A stretch of 63,171 nucleotides of DNA, filler included, from Pirum gemmata (GCA_002812295.1; 14 parts of 14 records of this genome joined end to end with filler, not necessarily neighbours in it); one strand, 5' to 3'; counted from the whole stretch's first letter, positions 26,691 through 41,295 are shown. Numbers and translations are program-made. The notes: generated from the sequence alone by a model not told the origin.

Positions 26691-27891
26691 ACATGGTATA
26701 CATAATTATTTGTTAGCCACTGTTTTATACAATATCACAACTACACTAATAACTTCTAGCTAATAACTCCTAAAAAGTAAACTGAATTTTTAAAATAAGT
26801 AAAACAGCAAACTACAGAACAATAAAATAGAACTTTTTTTTTCGCTAAGAATGTTAATTGGTCAAATAAAATACACTCCAGTTTCAACCATACATACATT
26901 GTTATAAATATATAATAAAGATTATTATTATTGTTATTATTATTACTATTATTATAATTAGCAAAGGGCCCGAATCCTAGCTAGCTATAAAAGAGGGCCC
27001 GAATCCTAATTAGCTATGTATGTTCGAAAATATTCAATTTCCGATATATATATATAAATGGTAAAAATGACCAAAATATACATGAAAAGGTTAAAACCCT
27101 AACCCTAAACCTAACCCTAACCCTAGTAGACCCTAACCCTAACCCTAACCCTAGCTAGACCCTAACCCTAACCCTAACCCTAGCCCTAACCCTAAAACCG
27201 ACCCAAATATTCGTAAAAAAGGATATAATAACACAAATATGGATAAATTAACAAAATAAAAACATATTTTCATCCCAATAATGTAAGTAAAAATGTCCAT
27301 AATATAAGAATATAAACCCAAAAAAGTATGTAAAATAACAAAAAAAAGTGTCAATTTTTTAACTAAAATACCCCTCTCGATTTACTATTTTTTCGTATGA
27401 TACTTCAAAAAAAGGCTCGAAAAATAAAATAATGATAATAAATTATTATAAATTTTCAAATCGAGTTTTTCCACCCAATGTTTGTATGTATGGTGCAAAC
27501 AATCTAAAAGCGTCCAACTTTTTTTACTAGTTAAAAGCCCCAACCCTTTTTTAAAATATATATTTGAAAATTTCAAACCTATTATATTACTTATTTTCGA
27601 AAACTGAAAATTTTAGTGAAACAAATAAAAGAGTTCCTAAAAGTTGGAAGTTTTTTATTTACTTGCACCATAACAGGTTCCGATTAGTCCAAAACCCATT
27701 ATTTATAATAAAAAAATGTTTTACGGGTTTGTAAGTGGGCAGTAAAAGTGCTGTAAATAGCCAAGGGAGGGGTGAGATATCTACTGGAACTTTTTTCGAA
27801 AAAAAAAATACTTGTGTATTTTTTATATAAGATACTATCATAGTATCTAGTAGTCTAGAAGTTTTTTATCATATCATATCATAGTTATTTT

Positions 27892-28138
27892 AGTAGGGGT
27901 GAGATGACGTCATTTTATTATAACCGAACAGCTGCCAGAACTTTTCCGATTTTAAGGTTTTTATTACTATTAATGTTAATATTATTACTNNNNNNNNNNN
28001 NNNNNNNNNNNNNNNNNNNNNNNNNNNNTTACTATTTTAAGCTATTTAACTGCTATTATTAATAAGAAACACGGAACTAAGGTTAGCTCGATAAGCATCT
28101 GTTCGAAAAAAGTTCCAGTAGATATCTCACCCCTACTA
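27892..28138. mobile_element. MITE family E, complete copy
   Basis: TIR TAGTAGGGGTGAGAT...ATCTCACCCCTACTA; 5' half nearly identical to 25652-25750. Confidence 0.7.
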
Positions 28139-28199
28139 TTTTTTATCATAGTTATTTTTTTACAGGGTGGGTGGGTACCCCTGGGTTTATGGATTTTTT

Positions 28200-28400
28200 T
28201 TTGGATAAAAATTGTGGCATGCGCCATATGAGCTCAAATATCCGAAAAATCTCAAAATGCTCCAATTTTAATTAAAATGCTACCAAATGTTGAGAAATCG
28301 TCTAACTAATAAAACTCTATTATGAACCAACGGCTAGTTTTTAAAAATAATTTGGTTAGACCGGGGTCTAGTTAGCATTAAAGGTTTTTTAGAAAAGAAG

Positions 28401-28402
<2 letters not shown>
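28200..28402 (+). mobile_element. Repeat family A copy
   Basis: GGATAAAAATTGTGGCATGCGCCATATGAGCTC...CTCTATTATGAACCAA...AGAAAAGAAGTC. Confidence 0.75.
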
Positions 28403-28466
<64 letters not shown>

Positions 28467-28589
28467 TTGATTTCTACTGGCAGTTTTTTTATTTTTCTTT
28501 AGAAAAGGTTCTTTTAGGGCCGTCTAAGACCTACAATGTTGTAGGTCTCATGAGCTGTCTCATGGTTTCTCAAAGAAATGTGGCCCTAG

Positions 28590-28870
28590 ACTAACCCTAA
28601 TCCTAACCCTAACCCTAGCTAGCCCTAACCCTAACCCTAACCCTAGCTAGTAGCCCTAGCCCTAATCCTAATCCTAACCCTACTAGTAGCCCTAACCCTA
28701 ACCCTAATCCTAATCATAACCCTAACCCTAACCCTAACCCTAACCCTAACCCTAACCCTAACCCTAACCCTACTAACCCTAAACCTAACCCTAATCCTAA
28801 TCCTAACCCTAATATTAATCCTAACCCTAACCCTAACCCTAATCCTGACCCTAATTACCCTAGCCTAACC
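28590..28870 (-). repeat. Interstitial telomeric (CCCTAA)n array with CTAG-type interruptions
   Basis: About 45 hexamer lengths, internal to the contig. Confidence 0.9.
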
Positions 28871-30424
28871 ATTACTTATATAGACCAGTCTATCAAGAAG
28901 TTGCAAGAACCCGCGACAGTTCCACGGCCACAAAGTGAATGTGAAGAACCCCAGAAAAAAAGAATCCCTGAGGTTCTACTACTAGCTAGCTAGCTAGCCT
29001 TGTTAGTATGACCATGAGCAGTTTTCTAAACTCTTATAAAATTTAAAATTTAATATTATTTTACAAAGCTGACGTTGGAGGGTTTTTTTATGAATTGCAT
29101 AATATGTATATGATATTGTACATGACATTGTGTCAATATAATTGTTTTTTCTCCCCCCCCTTTTTATTTTCTGAATCTTTATTATTAAAAATATATGTTA
29201 ATTAACTAATTACATGTAATTGAATATGTATTATGACATTGTGTTAATATAATTGTTTTTTCTTCCCCTCCCTTTTTTTTTCTGAATCTTTATTATTAGA
29301 AAATATAATGTTATTAATAACTAATTACATGAAGCTGCTTAGTTGTATGGGAAGGAATTTTGTGTTATTGGTCAATGTGAAGTAGGTCCTAGTTCCTGTG
29401 AAGTTGGGAAATAAATATTAAGTTATTGTTATTGTTATTTTTATTTTGTTATTATTGTAATAAAAATTAGTATTATTATATAATTATTCATATTGTTAAC
29501 TTTATTATTGTTTATTTTTATGTAGTATTATTGGTTTTTTTTTTATTTATTATTATTGATGTAAAATCATGGTCACGAGCAGTGGTGACTGCTTCAAATA
29601 CAGTGACGAATTAATGACACATTCATGTCTAAAAGTCACGTGATATTAATTATAATTGACATTGCTAACACACTTATTTTTTTGTTTGTTTGTTTGTTTA
29701 AATTTTTTTTGTTTGTTTTTTTGTTTGTTTGTTTAATTTTTTTTTTGTTTGTTTGTTTGTTTGTTTACAACTTCCGCTCTGGTATGCCACAACACACTAC
29801 AATGCGTAAAACAGACATTAAAATTTTCATCCTTTTATTTTAAATAAAAGGCATAGGGAGCGTTAATAAAATTTACTGATCAATATTAATACCATCCCTT
29901 TTTTTTTTTTTTTTTNNNNNNNNNNNNNNNNNNNNNNNNNNNNNNNNNNNNNNNNNNNNTTAATTAATTAANNNNNNNNNNNNNNNNNNNNNNNNNNNNN
30001 NNNNNNNNNNNNNNNAAAAAAAAAAAAAAAAAAAAACTCTAACCCTAACTAACTAGCCTTTTAACAAGAACCCTTCATTTTTAAAATTCAAAAAAGGGTT
30101 TGGTTAGGGTTAGGGTTAGGGTTAGGGTTAGGGTTAATTACAAGTAAAAAAATATAATAAATACCAATTATATAAATGATATCGATTATAAACAAATAAT
30201 AAAATAAAATCAATGTTAATTATAAATTAATGATAAATATTAATACGAAGTAAATATAATAATAAAATTTATAAATAACGAACAATGCACAACTTACATA
30301 AAATTATTTATAAAACATTTATTGTTTATTGTTGTTTCATTGCTAATTGTTTATTGTCATATTGTAATATTGTTATTGATACTGTTTATTGTTTATGATT
30401 TATATATATATTAATTAATATTAA

Positions 30425-31275
30425 TATAAGTTTTAAAACACAAATAATAACGAACAGATTTAAATACAATAAACAATAAATTAATAAATAGTAAGTATAT
30501 TATATAATACATGCAATTTTTAAAAAACAATTAATAAACAATAAACAATAAATAATTAACGAACAATAAACAATAAACAATAAACAATACATAAACAATA
30601 AACAATAACAATAAACAATCAATAAACAATAAACAATAGACAATAAACAATTACTAATAAACCATTGTAATACACTTATATATAAGTTAAAACACAAATA
30701 ATAACGAACAGATTTAAGTACAATAAATAATAAAATAATAAATAGTAAGTATATTATTAATACATATTAATAATGCGTGCATTTTTTAAAAAATAATTAA
30801 TAAACAATAAACAATAAATTTAAACAATAAACAATCAACAAACAATAAACAATAAACAATACATAAACAATAAACAATAAGAATAAACAATCAATAAACA
30901 ATAAACAATAAACAATAAACAATTACTAATAAACCATTGCAATACACTTTATGATTTATGTATATATAAGTTAAAACACTAATAATAACGAACAGATTTA
31001 AATACAGCAAACAATAAAATAACGAATAGTAAGTATATTATATAATACATGCATTTTTCAAAAAACAATCAACAAACAATAAACAATAAACAATAAACAA
31101 TTAACAAACAATAATGAATAGTAAGTATATTATATAATACATGCATTTTCAAAAAACAATCAACAAACAATAAACAATAAACAATAAACAATCAACAAAC
31201 AATAAATAATAAACAATACATAAACAACAATAAACAATCAATAAACAATAAACAATAAACAATAAACAAACAATA
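30425..31275. repeat. ~240-290-bp tandem units built on (AACAATA)n
   Basis: AATAATAACGAACAGATTTAA...TAGTAAGTATATTA recurs; the latter motif four times. Confidence 0.85.
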
Positions 31276-31995
31276 CACTTTGTGACACGTGTACTATGCT
31301 TGTCAGCAAGCTTGTTGTGCCAACAATGACAAGGATAAAGTATCAGCTGACAGCTGTAGAGGAGTGTGGAGATAGACCAATTGAAACAATGAAAACTTCT
31401 GTTCTTCAAATTCATTCGTCAATAGTAGGACCACTTACAATTCGTTTTTCAATTTGCGCAGTTTTTCGACTGTTTTTCGGGCTTTTTCGGGTCTTTTTGA
31501 ATCTTCTATTATCTTCCAATTGGTTAAAAAATGAAAAAATACAAAGAAAATCCTAAAAATAAAATTAAGTATTGTGCAATCGAAAAGTTTTATTTTTTTA
31601 GCCAAAAAAAAAAAAAAAAGAAAGAAAGAAAACGAAAAAAAAGCTTTTTTTCATTATTTTTATTCTTATGATATTATGACATAATTATTATTTAGAAAGT
31701 TGAAAGATCTACATAATATAACATTTTCTAATTATTTATTTATTTATTTATTATAAAAATAACGTAATGAAAGAGAAGCTAAGAATGATAGAAGTACAAA
31801 TGTATATATGTAAAAAGAAACACAAAAAATAAAATCAAAAATCAAAAAAAAAAATCAAAAAAAAAATAATAAAACAAAATAAAACAAAATTAAACACAAA
31901 TTATATATTCCTAATAATAATAATATATTCATTATTGTTGTTATTATTAGCTTATGGCAATTTTTATTTTTTTAATTTAGTATTTTAAAATAACA

Positions 31996-33444
31996 ATGAT
32001 CGCTAGTCAAACAGAACATAATGACATAATCAATAATGTTAGAAATAGAGTAGGTAGTAATGCTAGTAAATTTAAGTCTATGCTAAGAAAAAGTCAAAAT
32101 GGAAATAAACATCGAGAAATAGTTTTAGATTTTAACCCTGATAATAATAGTACTAGTAAGAATAATATTAATAGCTTAAGTACAAGCAACAACAAAACAA
32201 ATTATTTACAAAAAGTAGAAGTTCAAACTAGAAAAGTTAGTATAGTAAACGAAATTGATGAAGAATCAGAAGAAGAGTTTTTCTCTGACGCTGAAACTGA
32301 AACAAGTCAAAGGTCGTATTTAAGAGCATCTAAAGGATTACTTTTAGCTTTGATGCCCCCATTTCGTTGTTTAACTGATGAAGTGGTTTGTTTTAAGTTT
32401 TTTGTTAATTTACCAGATTCTGAAGAATTTTATTTATTATACACCGGTTCAACCCAAAGTACAGGCCGTGATATTATATTTGCGTGCCAGGGTCGTATTC
32501 GTCAATTATTGGTTCATGGCAATGAGCAAGTTCAATTAGCATTAATTAAAGTAGATGAAAAGAATAACAAAAAGAAGCCACTTCGCATTGCCGACGATGA
32601 AAATTTAAAAGATATATTAGAAAAGCATTATGATTGTGAATTAACTTTAACTTTGGCACCAAAACGTAAAACTGAGCGTCGGTCTACTGTTAGTTCAAGT
32701 GATGTAAATAAAATTCCTACCCGTCGAGCATCGAATGCAGCAGCTACTTCTTCTAACTTTTTTGGACTTGAAGATAACAACAACTCTTTCCCCACAGAAA
32801 ATGAACCTCCAGTCTTTTTGGATGGTCGCACTGTGGTCAATTTAAACAATAGTAACAATGATAATAATAATAACAATAGTAATAATAATATTAATAATAA
32901 TAATACATTGAACGAATCAGCAACACGGCGTAGTATTCGTAGAGTTTCTAGCCCTCACACTTATTTGAAACAAAAACGTAAAAAAAGTTTAGTCCCTCAA
33001 AGTAACGCAAGCCAGACCCTACACTTTAGTGCACTTTTAGGTAACAATAGCAATAACAATAATAATAATAATAATAATAGCAATAATAATAATGATAATA
33101 ATAATAATGGTAAATTTGAAATGGATAGTTTACCCGAACATGTAAATACCAGACAAAGAGTAGATACAGTCAATTCGTTACCATCTTTTGATGAAAATAG
33201 TGAGCTTTGTATTGCCAATACTGATGCATATCGACGTGGTAGTACAGATGCTATTAACAAAACTAGTGTAGCTCCTATACCTGGTAGGTCATCCATGAAT
33301 CCTCGTAGAACTTTAACTAATAATCCAACAACCACTATAGCAAAAACCGAAGCGAAGAATAATCTCTCCTCACTTAGTATGGTGAGTTTAAATGATCATA
33401 AACCTTTATTTGGAGGAATTAAAAGGAGATCCCAACATAAATAA
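31996..33444 (+). CDS. Asn-rich signalling protein with a probable Ras-association/ubiquitin-like domain
   Basis: 482-codon ORF. Folded segment CFKFFVNL...TGSTQSTGRDII...LALIKV...RIADDENL has an RA-like pattern; RRxS/T motifs. Possible short upstream exon 31767-31793 spliced in phase to 31981. Confidence 0.75.
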   Translation: MIASQTEHNDIINNVRNRVGSNASKFKSMLRKSQNGNKHREIVLDFNPDNNSTSKNNINSLSTSNNKTNYLQKVEVQTRKVSIVNEIDEESEEEFFSDAETETSQRSYLRASKGLLLALMPPFRCLTDEVVCFKFFVNLPDSEEFYLLYTGSTQSTGRDIIFACQGRIRQLLVHGNEQVQLALIKVDEKNNKKKPLRIADDENLKDILEKHYDCELTLTLAPKRKTERRSTVSSSDVNKIPTRRASNAAATSSNFFGLEDNNNSFPTENEPPVFLDGRTVVNLNNSNNDNNNNNSNNNINNNNTLNESATRRSIRRVSSPHTYLKQKRKKSLVPQSNASQTLHFSALLGNNSNNNNNNNNNSNNNNDNNNNGKFEMDSLPEHVNTRQRVDTVNSLPSFDENSELCIANTDAYRRGSTDAINKTSVAPIPGRSSMNPRRTLTNNPTTTIAKTEAKNNLSSLSMVSLNDHKPLFGGIKRRSQHK

Positions 33445-34822
33445 TGCTTTGATATCAATAAATTAAAAAGTAAAAAAAATAATTACTATAAAAATTAAAT
33501 CTACCTGAAAACCCAATTAAAATTATATTTTAATTCATTTTCTTAAAGCTTAGGATTAGGCCTAATTTATTTAAAAAAGTTCAATTATGACATAAACAAA
33601 ATAACTGAAGTTGAAAGTTATTGAAGGACTTGTTAAATCAATCAGTCAATAAAAAAAAACAATCCATTAATCAATATTAATCTATCCAAATTAAAAATAT
33701 ATTTTTAGGACCACAAACCAAATGAAACTAGAAATAATATTGAATGTACATTTTTGTTTCTGCGTTGTGTGGTTATATGTTACAAGGTGGTAGAAGCTAT
33801 GGCCACAGATAGTCTTAGTCTAACACTGATAGAAAACACTGATTAGGATGGAATCCTACTCATATAGTGATGGCCGTGGTTCATTTTTGAGAACTTAATC
33901 AACTACATTTTGATTCAAATCTACCCTGGTGATTTTTTTACTCCAATTCTGATTAACGTAACAATCTGAGAAAGTTCAAATACTTAATGTAGAAACAGTT
34001 GCACATGATTATTATTTCTATCTTCAATTCGTTTGATGAAATAAATTGAAATAAAAATGAAATAAAATAAAATNNNNNNNNNNNNNNNNNNNNNNNNNNN
34101 NNNNNNNNNNNNNNNNNTTAATTAATTAANNNNNNNNNNNNNNNNNNNNNNNNNNNNNNNNNNNNNNNNNNNNAAAAAAAAAAAAAAAAAAAAAGAATTT
34201 TATTTTATTTTATAAATATTAAAATAGTCTATTTTATTTTTATTAGACGGGTCGGGTCTATTATAGTTTATTATCATCGCAGTATCAAATTCAATCATTA
34301 GTATAATAGTATTTTATTTTTTATTATTTTTTTATTTTATTTTTCAAAGTCGCTCCTCTATATATAGAGTTCTCTATAAGACCCCTGACCCCTGGCTAGC
34401 TCTAGCTAGCTAGCTAGGATAGTATCCTGATAGTAGGCAGACAGCCGCAGACTACTATCCGGCCTGAGTCCTCACTTTCCCTTTTTTATCATGATACATA
34501 TAATATAATAACAATAACAATAATAATAACAATAACAATAACAATAACAATAACAATAACAATAACAATAAAAACGCCTTAGGTCCTATGATTCATGAGA
34601 TTAGAGTTCCTTATACGCTTGATTGTTGGGCATGTTTTCTATTATTTATGTCTTTTAATTAAGGAAGTTCACCCAGTACTAGTATTATTATTATTATTAT
34701 TATATATTACATTACTATTATTATTACCATTATTATATATTATTATTATTATGTTGACTATGATTATTATGATTATAGGATATGTTAATTTATGATATTT
34801 ATTGAAACAAACAAATATAATG

Positions 34823-35180
34823 CTATGACTCTGTAGTGAATAAATCACTTATGTTGTTAACTACAAGTCTGTTCATGTAATTCGTTAAACCAAAACAAAC
34901 GTGAAAAATCATATCATAATACGGTAAAATTTGTATTGGAACCTCGTCAGTCATGATTTTAAATATCTTTGCTTTTCGGATTACTCTATCTACGTGTATC
35001 CTTGTTGATGCCACTTCTTTGGTCACAAGCTTTTCCTCTTCTAAAAACTGCTGATCCGTTTTTAGAAAAGCAGGTAAATCAAAAGCAGGTAAATCAACGT
35101 GGTTCTCTAAACCATCTTATCTGACCTATGTTTCATATCCAGGTAAATTGGATCTTCTTCTGGATGTAATTAAACTTTTT
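34823..35180 (-). pseudogene. DDE_Tnp_4 (Harbinger/ISL2EU-type) transposase C-terminal relic
   Basis: LPAFLKTDQQFLEEEKLVTKEVASTRIHVDRVIRKAKIFKIM...VCFGLTN matches the PPFL...QF...IAS.RIHVER.I...K.F.IL...C.ALTN pattern; catalytic E reads D. A second fragment lies at ~35870-35975. Confidence 0.75.
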
Positions 35181-37825
35181 TACAGTGATGACCTTATATT
35201 GAAAAAATAGATTTGCAAAGAAAACTAGTACTGGATGACAGTGAAATGAGTAGTGTTTTAGAAACATTTAAAATTGCCGTTATAGCCGTGGGAAATGGCT
35301 TGGTATTCATCACAGATACCCATCCTTGCGTGTTGCAAATCTATGAACGTTATTACCCTTTCTGAGACTGATATTAATTTTATGCATGGAAAATCTGTAG
35401 GTTCTTTGATGCCAGAGGACAAATTGATTACATTCTTTGAGGGACAAATAAATCCTAAAACTATGGAATGACTATGGAATGCTACATTTCTAGCATTAGC
35501 GAAGTTTTGCTTTTTAGCAGATAAATGTTTTTTAAAAACTAAGAGCTATGCTATCATACTAAAGTAATGTGATTTTTAAACCTATCATATGTGTCTAGAA
35601 AATTGGTTACCAGGTAGGAAAACCTTTCTCACAAAATTTTTAAAACCATGACAATAGTCACAATAGTCACAATACTACCACTGGCACATTTTTCAAAATT
35701 TCATTTTGACTTTCTTTTTTTGAAGTCTTTCTAATTAGTAGAATGACGTCATCTCATCCCTCCTCTGAAAACGCAACTCGAAAAAAAATTTTTTTTTAAA
35801 AAAAAAAATCTGCCTGCGTTCACGACTTCATGTATGCACCCAAAATGTGATGAATTTCCTGTTTTTTTTTACAGTAAAATTTGTATTGGAACCTCGTCAG
35901 TCATCTTTGCTTTTCGGATTTTTAACAGTGATATCTACGTGTATCCTTGTTATGCCACTTCTTTGGTCACAAGCACTGTCTAGACCATGTCATATTTTAA
36001 TAAAACAAGATGAATGGGGAAAAAATAATCAAAAACAAAGGGATTCACAACTTCACATTATAGCAAGGACTTGAAGTCCTTCCATGTGCATATATAAAGT
36101 ATAGATATGATATATATAATATAATATATATATGATAGTCACATTTTTTATGGATCATAGTCCATAAATTTAAAATAGACTATTATCGTATCTGATAACT
36201 ATTACCGTACATCGTAGACCCGTTATTTATCTTATCATATACCAAGGACTTCAATAATCAATTCCTTGCATATACATAAAAATTTATTTATTAGGCTAGT
36301 AGTTAGTACACTCCTAGCTAGTCCTAGCTAGCCTAGTCCGATTTTAAAATAAAACCCAGAGAAATCCAACAAGACTCCTTCTTTCTAGCTAGGAAGTTAG
36401 GAATGGTTCTTTTTTCTTTCTATGATTTATCATTTTATAATAAGAACTAGCTAGACTACCTATCGTAGTTCTTGTGGATATAGAGATTATAGACCTAGCT
36501 AGTAGTGGATATCAGACTATCATATATCGATATAGACCACTATATGATAATAAAAACAGTATAAAAACCCAGTTTTCCTTGGGTCTTTGTAATAATATAT
36601 CATAGAAAATAATATTAGGGGTCTATAAGTTTATAACAACAAAGCAAAAAAAAAAACCTAAAGTTGTAGATATATAATATCAATAAATCTCCGCCAGCAA
36701 CACTAGTCTAGACCAGCAACAAGCTATAACAATATTTATAACAATCGTCATATCAGATACTACCATATCGATATCATGATATTGATACTATATGATATAG
36801 TTTAATACTACCATTAGGTACAACATGATATTAAAGTTTATTAAATATTGGTTTTTTATCTGTTGCTTTTGCTCCACAGATTAGACATTATAAAAATACC
36901 ATCTATAGTTTAACTATTTGTAAGTGTAACTATCACCTCGATAGCTATGATATCATATCGAATAGCTCTAGCTAGTAGATACATACCTTAGTTAGAGTAT
37001 CGATAGCTTAGAGTACTTAGAGTACCACCCCCGATAGTTGTCGTCGAGTTCTACAGTAGAGTTGTGGTTTTACCAGAATTTTTTTTTACTAGTCTAGCTA
37101 GAGCTAGCAGTAGTCTAGCAGACTCTAGCTAAAAAACCCTGTAAAAAAACCTAGACTATTACTTGAATAATAATATATTATATAATATTGCACGAGCGTT
37201 TCAAGTCTAATATTTTTTTTAAAAAAAAAATGACCACCGTCTGAGACCGGTTTGAGTCTGATTCTGATGAGTCTCTGAGAGTCTCTGATTATTCCAAAGA
37301 CTACCTACTACTAGCTACTAGCTAGCTAGCTATGATAGGCTAGTCCACAGTAGTAGTAGCAGCAGTAGAGGCTTAGAAAACTCTTAGAGAAAGCGCGCGG
37401 GATACGCACAGTCTATAGACTCTATACGCACTGTAGATAACAAGAAATTATTTTATTTTTATTTATCTATCACACTACTAGCTTAGCTAGCTGGAGCATA
37501 GTTCTAAAATCTGTTCTATAAGTGTTCTATAGTATCATAATATCATATCAATCCGAAATGATATTAAAAAATTTTATGTATCATACATAGTATATCATAG
37601 TATCGATAGATAGTCTAATAATATGTAGTAGCTAGTAGTATCTAGCTAGTAGTATAGTAGTAGTATACTGCTAGCTAGAGCTAACTACCTATGATAGCTA
37701 GAGTATGATATCGCTACTACTAGCTAGCTAGAGGCTATGATACTAGCCAGACTAGCTAGCTACCAGTGGTAGAGCAGTCTGCTAAGTCTGCTAGTAGCTA
37801 CTAGCTAGCTAGTAGCTAGCGGTAA

Positions 37826-38025
37826 GTAGGGTTAGGGTTAGGGTTAGGGTTAGGGTTAGGGTTAGGGTTAGGGTAGGCTAGGGTTAGGGTTAGGGTTAGG
37901 GTTAGGGTTAGGGTTAGGGTTAGGGTTAGGGTTAGGGTTAGGGTTAGGGTTAGGGTTAGGGTTAGGGTTAGGGTTAGGGTTAGGNGTTAGGGTTAGGGTT
38001 AGGGTTAGGGTTAGGGTTAAGGTTA
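37826..38025 (+). repeat. Interstitial (TTAGGG)n array followed by (TTGTTAA)n
   Basis: Direct reading of the sequence. Confidence 0.92.
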
Positions 38026-38331
38026 ATCAATTGTTGTTTGTTAATTGTTAATTTATTTTATTGTTTAAATTGTTAATTGTTAATTGTTAATTGTTAATTG
38101 TTAATTGTTAATTGTTAATTGTTAATTGTTAATTGTTAATTGTTAATTGTTAATTTATTTTATTGATTTTTGTTTTTATTGTTGATTGTTAATCGTTAAT
38201 TGTTAATTGTTAATTGTTAATAGGGTTAGTGTTAATTGTTAACTGTTAATTGTTAATTGTTAATTGTTAATTGTTNNNNNNNNNNNNNNNNNNNNNNNNN
38301 NNNNNNNNNAATAATAATAATAATAATAAAC

Positions 38332-38501
38332 CTGAGCAGCCTGTTCGATTTTTAAACTAGTCAATGGCTGTCTTCGCTTGGTGGTTTCCAAAACGGCTGA
38401 ACTTGGAGTTGTCAGTGGATGACTAATAATAAAAACTTTTACCGTAATTTCTATTTCATTATTAGTAAAAATAGTTTCGCCTGATTTAAGCACCGAAAAA
38501 A
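38332..38501 (-). CDS. Isolated internal exon of an unknown gene
   Basis: AATAG| ... CAG|GTTT boundaries around FSVLKSGETIF...SLKIEQAAQ, flanked by microsatellite-filled intron-like DNA. Confidence 0.45.
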
Positions 38502-38614
38502 CTATTATTGGAATAAGTACAAAATATCAAAAATTAGAACAGTTACATGAGTATTAGCATCAATACTTTCACTGCCATTTTCATCAATTACAAATTATTA
38601 TTATTATTATTATC

Positions 38615-39302
38615 ATTATATGATTATATTATGATTATTATGATTATTATGATTATTATGATTATTATGATTGTTATGATTATTATGATTATTATGATTA
38701 TTATGATTATTATGATTATAATGATTATGATTATTTTGATTATTATGATTATTATGATTATTATGATTATTATGATTATTATGATTATTGTGATTATTGT
38801 GATTATTATGATTATTATGATTATTATGATTATTATGATTATTATGATTATTATGATTATTATAATTATTATGATTATTATGATTATTATGATTGCTATG
38901 GTTATTATGATTATTATGATTATTATGGTTATTATGATTATGTATAATTATTATGATTATGTATAATTATTATGATTATGATTATTATGATTATTATGAT
39001 TATTATGTTTTTATGATTATTATGATTATTATGATTATTATGATTATTATGATTATTATGATTATTATGATTATTATGGTTATTATGATTATTATGATTA
39101 TTATGATTATTTTGATTATTATGATTATTATGTATTATAATTATGATTTTATTATTATTATGATTATATGATACTATTATGATTGTATGATTATTTTGAT
39201 TATATGGTTATTACGATTATATGGTATTATGGTTATTATAGTTATATGACTATTTTGATTATAACTATTACGATTATTATGATTATTATGATTATTATGA
39301 TT
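38615..39302. repeat. (ATTATGATT)n minisatellite
   Basis: Direct reading; explains the spurious MII-repeat ORFs. Confidence 0.92.
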
Positions 39303-39420
39303 NNNNNNNNNNNNNNNNNNNNNNNNNNNNNNNNNNNNNNNNNNNNTTAATTAATTAANNNNNNNNNNNNNNNNNNNNNNNNNNNNNNNNNNNNNNNNNN
39401 NNCACACCTTTTGTTACTTT

Positions 39421-39510
39421 GGGAGCGTTCAAATAATACGTCACGTCAAGGGGTAGGTAGGTAGGTGGTATTTGACCGGAAATTAACGTCGGGCGGTAGG
39501 TAGGGGTATT
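39421..39510 (+). mobile_element. Family D MITE, truncated
   Basis: First ~70 bp match the start of the copy at 61519. Confidence 0.75.
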
Positions 39511-40989
39511 GCATTTAGTAAGTCGATGAATGTTTGTGCTACGATAATGAACTAAAGAGTAAAGTTGTAGTTGAAATAATTATATGAAATAATTAAATAG
39601 GAAATATTAGCAATAGGTCAATATTTATAACTTATAATTTAATTTTACTAATTGTAGTCTAAAAAAAAAATAACAAAATTATTGATATTATGTTCTTTAT
39701 TGTGTAAGTCGAATATTTTTGCTACTATGATAAAATGAATAAAAAAGTAAAAATTATCAAAAAGTGTAAAATACCCAACATTGATTTCAAAACACCTAAT
39801 TAAAAACAAAACCATACAAAGAACAATTTCCTAGCACAATATATATGTTTTTCCAAAGGCTTCAAAAAAAAAAAAACTTAAGAATAAGGGATGTCGAAAA
39901 GAGGTTTTTTATTAAAAAAGCAAATTGGAATATCTCTAATTATGTATGTGTTTTATTATTATATACATACTTCTTTACATTTTACATTTTTTTTAATTTT
40001 AAAAAGTATCATGTTAAATTCAGCTTTTAAAAATTCTACATTTTTCAAAAAGTTACTGTAGTAAACTCTGTAGTATTTGTTTTTGAAAATCATTGATTAG
40101 TAAAATATAAAATAATTTTTTTTAAAAAAAATAATTTAATTAATAAATAGGTGAATGAATAAATGCTAACAAATATTAATCTATTAATTTTTTTAAATAA
40201 CTCTAAACATACAAACTGTACTATTATGAATTCTCTAATTAGCCCAACAGTAATTACTACTTGTACTTTCAAATTGGCCAGATGTGATTACTGCTACTTA
40301 CTACCATACATACTGCTGCTGAAGTAGGCTGTCGCAGTGCTGTCGCACTAATAATACTTTGATTCTTTCATTGAAGAAAAACTACATATCTATATTATAT
40401 CTAGTATATTTATATATATTATGTATCGATATGACACTAGATTTATATACATTTACATATATTTACATAATATGTTATGATATAAAAAGAATTTTTTTTT
40501 TTTTTTTTTGAAATCAACTGATTTCTCGTTCTGAAAAGCATTTTTCATTATTGGCTAGATCTGGAGGTCACTAAATAGAATGACCAGTTAATGGCAACTA
40601 AAATTTTTTTTGGCTAAAAAAAACATAACGAAAACTATTGTAAAGTTCTAAATCAATATATTATTGGGTCTAACATGATACCTAAAACAACTGTGAAACA
40701 TAATCCAATAATTTCCATTTGTTGAAAGTAAAATATTGCAAAACCACAAACTGTTCAACGTTCAAAAGGAGCAATGGATTCAGCTAAAAGTCATAGGCTA
40801 AAAGTCAGCTAAACTAGAGGCAACAGGTTCTTATTCTTACTTGTTGCTTGTTAGACACAAGCACTGAATCAGACTTATGACTTAGACTCCTAGCTAGGCT
40901 TAGAGTCTATCTTAGTCTAGGACTCTTAGTGGAAAAAAGACCTTTTTATTGGCGTACGTTTTTGAATATATCCAATAAAAAATGTCTAA

Positions 40990-41051
<62 letters not shown>

Positions 41052-41096
41052 CTTTTTTTTTTTTTTTTTCCAATTTTTTTTTTTTTTTTTTTTGTT

Positions 41097-41295
41097 AAAC
41101 TACCAAGTACTAAGCTGGATAAAAATGGCGACATCCGTCATATGAGCTTTTAAAAATCCAAATGAAAGTACTACCAAATTTTGAGAAATCGTCTAACGAA
41201 GAAAACTCTATTATGAACCAATAGCTAGTTTTTAAAAAATAATTTGGCTAGTTATTATGAAAAGTTTTTAGAAAAGAAGTCTGGCTTGGTAGTTC
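41097..41295 (+). mobile_element. Repeat family A, best complete copy
   Basis: TIR AACTACCAAG...CTTGGTAGTT between poly-T (left) and poly-A (right). Further copies at 48566-48735, 52440-52640 and 62645-62805 (all minus). Confidence 0.8.

Noticed and set aside
38547..39171. Long low-complexity ORFs (also 9674-10030, 14477-14917, 21181-21522, 45159-45620, 47893-48450, 59791-60241, 61152-61457)
   Set aside because: Translations of microsatellites.
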